From positions 43,958,001-44,022,000 of the forward strand of contig OX597820.1 of the NCBI GenBank assembly GCA_951406725.2: DNA of 64,000 nt, given 5' to 3'. This stretch comes from Octopus vulgaris. Lineage: Eukaryota. The position numbers and the translations under genes were made by a program. Positions 53,632-64,000 of the stretch are shown here, piece after piece (position 1 is the stretch's first letter; the number at the start of each line of letters is the position of its first letter). The notes under the pieces are model-generated. The model ran no database searches, was not told the DNA's origin, and saw nothing but the letters and a program-made list of their open reading frames with translations.

Positions 53632-55916
53632 GTTTACTTACCTCAATGGTGTCATGTTCGACTTCCATAATTGGTAGGTTTTGTTTTTGAGAACCCCTTT
53701 AAGAGTCTCGATGTGAGTCTGATGTTCGGGGTTCCCACGTCCTCCGGAAAGCTCTCACGAATTTTTGTGTGGGAATCGAGCGACATTCGCACCAAGAGTA
53801 AATGTTCTGGTACGCGAAATGTGTTCGATTCGAATATCACTCCCCTTGTTTCAAATTCAATGTCTAGTGTTACGAGGGCAATCAGTTTCTCGTTGTGACT
53901 TCTGATGAGTACGAAGCTGGGTGTTTTGTGCTGGTGTTGTTTAATTTGTTTGATTGACTATAGTGGTGATGGTCTTGTTGTTGTTGTTTCTGTTGTGTCT
54001 GTGTGTGTTGTGAGTGTGGAACCCGCAGTTTTAGATATTTGTGCAAGTGCTTGTTCTTGTGTATGTTTTGATTGTTTGCGTTTGTGGGATTCTGGTGATA
54101 ATGATGGTGTTGGTCGTGTTGGTGTTGGTGATTTGGGGAAAATGTTTGCGTAGGTGGTGTGTGCATTGTTTATTGTGTGTGTTGTTATGTTTTCTGGATT
54201 TTTCTTTTGTGCTTTCTTTTTGTTTCTTTGTTTCTTTTTTACCTCTTGTATTTCTTTCACCTTCACTGCTGGAAGATGAGGGGTCTCATGTTGTACGTGT
54301 GTCTGTGTGTATATTTATAGCCTTGTTTATGTGTTTATTTTTGTTTGGTGTGAAGGAAGTGGGAGAACTTTGCTTGTTTTCACCTAGGGTGATTAATGTC
54401 TTTGGTGTTGTTGTTGGTGATTTTGCCTGTGCTGGTGTTGTTTGTGGTCCTCGTCTCGGCGTAGGCAGCGATGGAGGCCTTTGACCCCTTGCACTTTGCA
54501 CCAGTTAGGGGGCAGTGAGTTTGCAAATGAGTAGTTTCTCCACACGCGAAACAGTGCGGCCTTTTACCCTCAGTTATAATGTATATCACCGTTCCATTCG
54601 AGGAGACAGATGTAGTCCGGAATTCTTTTTATGTTTTCGGGTCTGATCTGGAGAAGTATCTCCAGGTCAACCCCTGGAACAGTTCTCCCTGGCAGATCTT
54701 GTCACTTCTATCGGGACAGTATTCGTCCCCTCTACGATTACGCATCACAGGAGTCAGCAAATATCAAGTCCTGGTGGGACCTTAGGAATGCGGACACGCG
54801 CTGTAGGTTTTCCTATGTGGAAGGGGTACATAATGATTTCCTGGTTTTGCAAGGAGTCATTGAATGTTTCATAGCGAGGGCTTCTGACTTAAACAGCGCC
54901 GAAATGGTGCCGTATTGTTTGACCCCTATTATGTACTCAATGTCATTTCTGATGTACCTCAGCGTCGCCTTAATATCTACTTGGGCTAATAAAACCGCTC
55001 TTTTTGTCTCTGCTGAGATGCATCTGAAAAGCACCGTTCTTCTCTCCACTGCTTGAATTGCCTCTGACGGAATAGTTGGATTGGTCCATGTCTTTTCTTG
55101 TTTAATTAGTTTCCATGCCTGCGTTAGCATCTGTTTCCTAGTTGTGAGGTCCACGGTAATGCATTGTTTGGCCTTTGCTGCTACTGCTGCTGCTGCTGCT
55201 GCGAATATGCTTTTGTTGTCGGTACTGTTCTCGTTGTTGTTATTGTAGTTGATGCTCTTGTTGTTGCTGTTGCTGCTGCCGTTGTTGTTGCTGTCTTCGG
55301 TCTTGTTGATGTTGTTAGAATTGGTTTCGTTGCTGCTGTTTTCATTTTTGCTATCGTTGTTGCAATTGTTGCTATCGCTACTGCCGCTGCAGTTGGTATC
55401 TCTTTCGTTGTTGTTGATAACTACCACTACCACTACTGCTTCTGTTGCTGTCACTGTTGCTGCTTCTGTTGTTGTCACTGCTGCCGCTGTTGCTGTTACT
55501 GCTACTACTACCATTACTACGAGTTGAACTTTGTACCGTAACAGTTTCGTTTTTCTCCTCCCCTACACCCATATTTTTGTCAGTTACGGAGAGAAGGGTT
55601 GGGAATATTCAACAGCCACCCGATTTCTGAAAGGGGTTGGTTTGTTTTTCTTGCCTTTTTTCAAGACGCACTCCGCCATCTTGTTGAGTTGTGTTTGTTT
55701 AAATTAAATTAAACGCCCACCGAATTTATTTGGTGTGCCAAATATGACCCTAAGAGGAGATAAACGAAAATTAGTCACAGGTTCCCGATGCTTCTATTGA
55801 CAACTTGCAATAAGATAAATAATGCAAATAAACATCAAAGCGGTGTGAACAAATGTTTTAAGCAGCAACAACCTGGAGCATTTGAAAACGCGCATTACGT
55901 ATTCGGCGGTGAATAA
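53632..55916 (-). mobile_element. Right arm of fold-back: 5'UTR + decayed ORF1 with a CCHC zinc knuckle
   Basis: ORF 54380-54589 has EGKRPHCFACGETTHLQTHC (CX2CX4HX4C). ORF 54813-55514 resembles the ORF1 at 29448 (QYGTISALFKSEALA vs RYGTVEARFDSEHQA). Confidence 0.75.
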
Positions 55917-55996
55917 CAATAACAGTAATAACAACAACAACAACAATAATAATAATAATGATGATAATAATAATAATAATAATAGTAATAATAATG

Positions 55997-56064
<68 letters not shown>

Positions 56065-56066
56065 CA

Positions 56067-56132
<66 letters not shown>
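55912..56132. repeat. (AAT)n/(AAC)n microsatellite; its mirror (ATT/ATC)n array is at 51828-51987
   Basis: Direct reading of the sequence. Confidence 0.95.
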
Positions 56133-56134
<2 letters not shown>

Positions 56135-56518
56135 ATTATGTGGAAATCCAAAAGTGGAAGAAATTCCAAAAATAGTGCTCATGGGAACTGTCTACATCCT
56201 ACATAAAATATTGTCTGTGTAATTACCATGATATCCGTAAACTGCGTCAAAATATACTTTTAAATGTATATAACAGCAAACACCTTTTATTGTCACCTTA
56301 AGATCAGACTGTCATCTTTTTAATCAAATTACTTTGAAAACAAACTTCCAATTTACTTATATTTTGACAGACATTCTCTAGAACAAAATTCTGTAGAAAA
56401 CCAAATATATAGCACGCTAATCATGACACCAACTAGAAATTCTAACCTGTTGTCTCTTGAGGTCTCTGGATGAGACTTGGCGTCAACTTATACAAATATA
56501 AAGCAACAGTTAAACATA
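56133..56518 (+). mobile_element. Short 3' fragment of an R4/Dong-like LINE
   Basis: Aligns to 57900-58178 (atagtgctcatgggaactg... tacaaatataaagcaa..aacatat); TAA-type repeats on both sides. Confidence 0.75.
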
Positions 56519-56983
56519 TAGTAATAACAAATAATAATAATAATTCAGCTCTGCGCTGAATAACAACATGAATGTGCTACGCAAGGTTCTCCTTTCAAAA
56601 ATAAATCTAATCTAATAACATTGGTGGAATGGGATAAAGGAACCCGTGGAAGACTTGAAGAAAGCGGCCTTCTAACGAAAATAATCACAAAAATGAAATT
56701 TTAATGCCATACAAAGCACAGTTTCTCTTATGCACGGTGTCTCAGTGAAATATGCGCGAAACACACACAGAAAATCAACATCGGAAAGTTTACAAATTAT
56801 AAAATATAAATGGAACAAAACAGTAAGTACATAAATTGAGTAATTACAAACACACTCAAATGTCTACGCAATCATTTATATTTTTTAATGCCCATAGGAC
56901 TGCACATACATACCAATGTTTACACAAGTACGTGAAATTTACAGGACACACATACACGCATATGAAAACACGTGTCACAAACG

Positions 56984-58178
56984 ACTTTATCTGACAAGAA
57001 AAGAGGGTGGACGTGGAATTTTACAACTGGAATTAACAATGAAGATTGCCACAATTGAAAAACTCTGATGACTGGATGTTAAAACTCGTCTTAAAGCATG
57101 GAAACAAGGAAGCATCATACTCAGTAACAAAACAGGCATAGGAATACCTAAGTGAATTCCAAATACAACAAATTCCAGAATTAGCCGTACCAGAAACAAG
57201 CACAGAAAAGTAAGCGTATGAAAACCCGTGCTAAAACTGCTACCTTAGATATTCTAACTGATAAATGGCAAGAAACACCTCTCAATGACAAATGCACAAA
57301 GAGAGGTATTAGTACCGATGTTGGCAAAGCCCTTATCCATCAATGGATAGTGTCGTTAGGCTTAAAATCAGGAGGGTTTATCATAACAGCACAAGATCAA
57401 TGTCTACCTACAACATGTCGTGTATGTCAACAACAAAATGAAACCATCGATTACGTTGGCTTCATGTGCAGTCTTCTTGTGCCTACAGAGTATCTCAACA
57501 GGGATGATAGAGCAGCACAATATATTCACTGGGTAATTTGCAAAAACCTGGACCTGCCACGTGATAAAAACTGGAGGGAACACAAGCCATCTCCAGTACT
57601 TGAAAATGATCACATCTCAATCCTCTGGAACTTCACCATTCAAACTGACAGAAAGATAGACGCTAATAGGCCAGACATTATATTCAAAGATTTCAGACAA
57701 AAATCATGCCTCCGCTTTTTATATGACTGTTCCTATCGGTGTAAATGTATCTGTCAAGACCTACCAAAAGCTGAGCAAGTATAAAGTTCTTGAAATAGAA
57801 ATTGGCAAAATGTGGAACCTCAATACTAAAACAATACCTGTTATCATAGGCGCCCTAGGAATGATAGCAAAACGGACTGATTTCTCTCTAGCTCAGATAC
57901 TAGGAAACCCTAAAATGGCAGAAATTCAAAAGATAGTACTCATGGGAACTGCCCATATCCTGTGTAATATACTGTCTATGTAATAATCTCAAATTTTACA
58001 ACAAACTAATAATTTTCTTATGTTTTCTTAAACATTCTCTAGAACAGTACTATGTCCAAAGCCAAATATATAGCACCCTAGGCATAACACCAACACGAAC
58101 TTGTATCTTGTTGTCTCTTGAGATCTATGGGTGAGACTTGGAGCCAACTTGTACAAATACAAAGCAAAAGTCAAACAT
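56984..58178 (+). mobile_element. 5'-truncated R4/Dong-like LINE (RT C-terminus, zinc finger, restriction-like endonuclease)
   Basis: LYLTRKEGGRG, AQDQCLPT, CRVCQQQNETIDY, ILWNFTIQTDRKIDANRPDI, KLSKY, PVIIGALG and EIQKIVLMGTAHIL. Ends in TAA/CAA repeats. Confidence 0.9.
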
Positions 58179-58194
58179 ATAATAATAACAACAA

Positions 58195-58256
<62 letters not shown>

Positions 58257-58267
58257 GTAATAATAAT

Positions 58268-58840
58268 CCTTTCTATTATCGGTACAAGGCCTGGAATTCT
58301 GGGGGAAGGGAGTAATCGATTACATCGACCCCAGCAAAACACTTTTACATCGACCCAAAAGGATGAACGGCAAAATTGACCTCGGTGGAACTTAACTTCA
58401 GAACGTGAAGACAGACAAAATACCTATTTCTTTACTACCCACAAGAGACTAAACACAGAGAGGACAAACAAGGACAGACAAAGGGATTAAGTCGATTATA
58501 TCGACCCCAGTGCGTAACTGGTACTTATTTAATCGACCCCGAAAGAATGAAAGGCAAACTCGACCTCGGCGGAATTTGAACTCAGAACGTAGCGGCAGAC
58601 GAAATGCCTATTTCTTTATTACCCACAAGGGGCTAAACACAGAGGGGACAAACAAGGACAGACATAGGTATTAAGTCGATTACATCGACCCCAGTGCGTA
58701 ACTGGTACTTAATTTATCGACCCCGAAAGGATGAAAGGCAAAGTCGACCTCGGCGGAATTTGAACTCACAACGTAACGCAGACGAAATACCGCTAAGCAT
58801 TTCGCCCGGTCTGCTAACGATTCTGCCAGCTCGCCGCCTT
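58268..58840 (-). mobile_element. SINE family C trimer (184-bp period)
   Basis: Junctions at 58424/58425 and 58608/58609. Only the first unit carries the 5' head. Confidence 0.9.
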
Positions 58841-59265
58841 CATAATTAACAATAATAGTTCTTGATTTAGTCTTATTACCTTTAATTTTGGGAAGAGAAA
58901 ATTAGTCGATTCCATCGCCCTCAAGACTTTATTAGTACTTTCTTTTATCTTCTCCGAATTGGTGAAAGTTTAAGTTGACGTCGGTGATGCTTGAACTCGC
59001 AACGTAAAGAGCCAGCACAAATACCGCCTTCCATTATTTTTTTTGTGACATTCTAACGACACTTGCTTAGGCACTGCCCATGTCAATAGTTTCTACTTTA
59101 ATTTTACAGGGGAGGTCATTAACTGAACGGTATTTGAACGGTACTTTATTTCATCGACCCCGGAGTGATGAACTACAATGCTGACGCCGGGGGTATTTGA
59201 ACTCACAAGGTGAACAGCCGAAATAATTATCTTGAGGTGTTCTGCCTACTTGCTGCCACCTTATG

Positions 59266-59317
<52 letters not shown>

Positions 59318-59369
59318 CAGTTCTACGTTATTGTATAGAATGTTTTGTATAAAGCCAAACAACTATAAG

Positions 59370-59506
<137 letters not shown>

Positions 59507-59650
59507 ATAAATCGTTATAGATAATGTGATTTATTAAGTTATTTCCTTCCTTCTCATAAGAATTTTAATCGTATTACGCGTATAAGGTTTCTTTGTATAT
59601 TAATGTGTATACGTTTTTACGTCTATCGGTAGGAGTGTGCATATATGTTA

Positions 59651-59699
<49 letters not shown>

Positions 59700-59843
59700 T
59701 ATACATGTGCTTATCTAACTATCAGTATAATATATAGACAGATAGATAAATAGATTGATAACAATAAACAGACATACATAAAGTATATGAAATTATTATA
59801 TGCGTATATGTATATGTATGTATGTATGCATGTATGTGCAGAC

Positions 59844-59920
<77 letters not shown>

Positions 59921-59921
59921 C

Positions 59922-59998
<77 letters not shown>

Positions 59999-60337
59999 TG
60001 TGTGTGAGTGTGTGTAAATATGTATGTATGCACCTAATATACGTATGCCTAATATTTCTGAAATCTATATAATTACATCTGTATAATTTCATCAAGCTTA
60101 AACTTTAAAATTAAAATTGTTGATAGACAATGTAAACCAATTTTGAAATATCTAAAACTCTGACATTAACACAAGATATATTTTCATTGATTAATTATAT
60201 TAAATTTTTGAATTATCAGAAAATTTCCATTTTCATTTATTATTATTATTTTTTTTTTGGCGTCTATTTATTGTTGTAAGAAGAAGTAACGTTTCTAAAT
60301 CCATATAATTCTTGGTGTTATAGTGCTGCAATTATAT

Positions 60338-60790
60338 GTAGGTGCAAGTGAAGTTGTGTGGTAACAAGTTTTCTTGCAGGCCAAATGGTTCCCGGTTCAG
60401 TCCCAGTGCGTGGAACCTCGGGGAAGTGTTTATTTGTAGCCTCAGGCTGACCAGAGCCTTGTGAATGAATTTGTTACGTAGAAATGAAAGAAGCCTGTTA
60501 TATATATAACATATATATGTGAATGTGTGTGTGTGTTTGTGTGTGTCTGGGTGTATGTGTGGGAATATATGTAAATGTGCACATAAATACATACATAATA
60601 TATATGTATATATATATACCTATACACAGATATATATGTTGGTGTTGAGTTTGTCACTTCACCACCGCTTGGGAATCGCTTGCGGCTCGATAAAAGAGAT
60701 CGATAGAATAATTACCAAGCTTTAAAAAGGCGGTACTGCAGTCATGATGTAGTACTAACTTCTTCAAAGACTGAAACAAGTGTAAGATAA
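60338..60790 (+). mobile_element. SINE family A, diverged
   Basis: Head, expanded internal simple repeat and degenerate tail. Confidence 0.7.
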
Positions 60791-61079
60791 GATATACTAT
60801 AATCTAAAGATTTTTGTCTTATCATAGTTGTAATCTTTAGTTATCTACTGTTACATAATCTACATCCGAGAAAAGTACATTTTGTCGAGAATACGAAGAC
60901 GGTGGTTCTCAGTATGCTTCACTCAGCTGTTATTTAGGATGTAACAATTGCAACGATGAAGATTCTATGCAAACATACATGTGCATACAGGATAGAATAG
61001 TGTATTCGACATGCACAAACAAGTCACACGGAAGACCGTCTAATTAAAATCAATTAAAAAGCAATTTTAACAAATTTAT

Positions 61080-61440
61080 AGGCGTAGGAGTGGCTGTGTG
61101 GTAAGTAGCTTGCTTACCAACCACATGGTTCCGAGTTCAGTCCCACTTCGTGGTACCTTGGGCAAGTGTCTTCTACTATAGCCTCGGGCCGACCAAAGCC
61201 TTCTGAGTGGATTTGATAGACGGAAACTGAAAGAAGCCCGTCGTATATAAGTATTCATATGTGTGTGTGTATATGTTTGTGTGTCTGTGTCTTTCCCCCA
61301 CCAACTTGACAGCTAATGGTGGTGTGTTTACATTCCCGTAACTTAGGGAAATGAGACCGATAGAATAAGTACTAGGCTTACAAAGATTTGCTAGACTAAA
61401 GGTGGTGCTCCACTAAAACAAGTAAAAGATTAAAAGAGTA
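61080..61440 (+). mobile_element. SINE family A, complete
   Basis: ggcgtaggagtggctgtgtggtaag...gagttcagtccc...aacaagtaaaaga. Confidence 0.85.
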
Positions 61441-61479
61441 AAGCAGATTATGAGCTAACGTAAAACACTAAGAAAACTC

Positions 61480-62840
61480 AGGTCGAGGAACCTGGTCTAT
61501 CTCCCCTCCGACAAAAAGTAAAGAATTGTGTGTCAATCCACAGAGCATATACAACAACCTAGCTTTTCAATGCCTCAGCAAAAACAGAATCTACACAAAA
61601 GTCACTGGAGTTACTGCGTCTCTACTGCAGGAGCTGATCAACAACACCTGGATCAACATCTGCAATCGAAGCAAACTTCCAACGAAAGTCAAAAAGAACT
61701 TCATCTATTACAAGTCGGCCCTTTTCATCAGAACTAAGACCGGCAACACACAAAAAGATGCAGATACACAGGTTTCACAGTTTCTCAAGAACTTTGTATC
61801 AACAGATACCCAGCGTCCGTTACAAACACCCTACAAGCCAAGTAAACGTAGCAATTAGAACCTCTCTACAACATGCTTCCTAAGGAACCCCACTTTACCG
61901 TTCCCGTCCGTAAGGCCCTCCATAGGGAAGGCCACGACATCCTGCTAGCACATTCAGGGCCGTCCCTGTGTAGATACCTATCAATGAGGAACAAAGGCCC
62001 TACACACTGGCAAAATGTCCTATCCGTGGCATGAGCAAATGTTTGCGACCATACATGGTGTACCAGATACGGTGTTCCATATGCGGTGACCATCACATTA
62101 CTAGTACAGTACAATTATTTCACACCCGACAGAAGAGACACTTGAATACCACCGCATCTTCCGTCCACAGGCATTTGATTAAATGCGGCAACACCAGCAA
62201 AGAGGTAGACGCTTATATACTGGTAACGGAGAGGAATACATGAAATCTCTGGATCAAGGAATCCTTACTGATTCACCGACTTAAAACGCGAAGATCAATA
62301 GACGATCAGAGTTACTGACCGCCCCCTACATCGCGGTGACAATCACCAGCATCATCATTACGACGATGATTGGTTCTGTGCCTACCAACACCATATTCGC
62401 CGTCGCTACAGCTTCCACCACCACCGTTTCCTACCGCGATAAGGAATGTTGTTCTAGGCAGCCACCACCTTGTCAACGACTACTACAAGGACATATACCA
62501 CCAGTGCTATCACCATCACCAACAACATCAACGTAGACAACACCGAATATTACCACGGCATTTACCTCCACTGTTGCCAACCTACAGCCAATCTTCAACA
62601 CCGACAGCAACGCCATTTGGAGAGCTGCTCCTGCTAGCACAAACACCGGACTAAAACGGAGTCACTGCGCATCCGGCTATCCGATTGACAGGATCCACGT
62701 AGACGCACATTTTTAGTTGTACTCTTCTGAAGATGGGCCTCTGCGCTCGAAATATATGAAGGTTTTTCAACTTTCATCTCTGCATTGTTAAAAGCTTTCT
62801 TCATTTCATTTATTATTTCACTTCTCTACAGCAATGTTTC
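61480..62840 (+). mobile_element. Penelope-like element 3' part: decayed GIY-YIG domain plus terminal region with a degenerate hammerhead
   Basis: MVYQIRCSICGDHHITST...HTRQKRH...SSVHRH and LWIKESLLIHRL match GIY-YIG motifs. ctgaaga...ctcgaaa lies at 62727-62752. Confidence 0.75.
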
Positions 62841-62858
62841 AAACGAACTACAACGCTC

Positions 62859-62941
<83 letters not shown>

Positions 62942-63091
62942 TCTCTCTCGCTGTCTCTCTCTCTCTCTCTTTCTCTCTATCTCTCACACACACACATACG
63001 TATAAGTGGTTGTGCATAGTTCTGTATTTATAAGAATAAGAATATGTACATAAATGTTACTCTATTCGGACGAGTAATTGCTGTAGAACAG

Positions 63092-63397
63092 GGAAGCACT
63101 CCGTCGGTTGATCCGATCAACGGAACAGCCTGCTTGTGAAATTAACGTGTAAGTGGCTGAGCACTCCACAGACACGTGTACCCTTAACGTAGTTCTCGGG
63201 GATATTCAGCGTGACTCAGAGAGTGACAAGGCTGGCCCTTTGAAATACAGGTACAACAGAAACAGGAAGTAAGAGTGAGAGAAAGTTGTGATGAAAGAGT
63301 ACAGCAGGGATCACCACCATCCCCTGCCAGAGCCTCGTGGAGCTTTAGGTGTTTTCGCTCAATAAACACTCACAACGCTCGGTCTGGGAATCGAAAT
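63092..63397 (-). mobile_element. SINE family B lacking most of the head
   Basis: Near-identical to 52489-52815. Confidence 0.85.
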
Positions 63398-63805
63398 CTG
63401 TAGAACAAAAGGACATGTCACAAAAAAAAAAAAAGGATTTCAGTACACATTCTTTTTCAGTACATGAAATTGGGAAAAAGGGCAGTATTCATGGCTTTCG
63501 AATATCAATGATATTGATGCCATTTAATTCATGTTTCTCGTGCACTTTTTAAAGTCAACATCTGCAGGAAAGATATGAACAGGGACTGAGTTTTAGAGGC
63601 TGGACGATCGTAAATAACACACTCTCCAAGCTGTAATGAGTACTCACTTTTTCCGTAAAATTTGAATGCGTATGCGTGTGGATATGTGTATCTGTGTCTG
63701 TGTCTGTGTCTGTGTATGGGTATGTGTGCGTGCGTGTGCGTGGGTGTATGTATTTGCATGTGTGTGTGTGTGGGTGTGTTTGTCTTTATATATACTTACA
63801 TACGT

Positions 63806-64000
63806 GGCAGAAACGTAAGCACGCCGGGCGAAATGCGTACCCGTATTTCGTCTGCCGCTACGTTCTGAGATAAATTAAGTACCAGTTATGCACTGGGGTC
63901 GATGTAATCGTTTTAATCCGTTTGTCTGTTCTTGATTGTCCCCTCTGTGCTTATCCCCTTGTAGGTAGTAAAGAAATAGAAATAGGTATTTCGTCTGCGG
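63806..64000 (+). mobile_element. SINE family C multimer running off the window end
   Basis: Head gcagaaacgtaagcacgccgggcgaaatgc, an internal deletion, the tail, then a second unit starting ggtatttcgtctg at 63985. Confidence 0.85.

Noticed and set aside
58268-58840. Regular 184-bp periodicity suggesting a CRISPR-like or satellite array
   Set aside because: Units are whole SINE bodies without unique spacers, in a eukaryotic context. Reported as a SINE multimer.

Overview
AT-rich, microsatellite-dense eukaryotic DNA, most likely intergenic or intronic sequence from an octopus/coleoid cephalopod (inferred from the SINE families and the repeat landscape). I can support no host protein-coding exon. 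Nearly all ORFs in the track are translations of simple repeats. The non-simple sequence is a nested collection of mobile elements: three families of tRNA-derived SINEs, three Helitrons, a decayed full-length hAT transposon with TIRs and an 8-bp TSD, two mariner MITEs, an RTE-type LINE, R4/Dong-type LINE fragments in TAA arrays, L1/Tx1-type LINE pieces and Penelope-like GIY-YIG fragments. The most interesting structures are: (i) a ~610-bp inverted repeat with a type I hammerhead ribozyme in each arm, plus other hammerhead-like motifs; (ii) a SINE whose 3' tail matches the 3' end of Tx1-type LINEs in this window and which forms multimers through one invariant junction; (iii) a young Tx1-type LINE inserted in a (GATA)n array; (iv) a ~3.9-kb fold-back of a LINE 5'UTR+ORF1; (v) a near-perfect ~230-bp palindrome. 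All alignments were done by eye, so boundaries are approximate unless a TSD or TIR is quoted.
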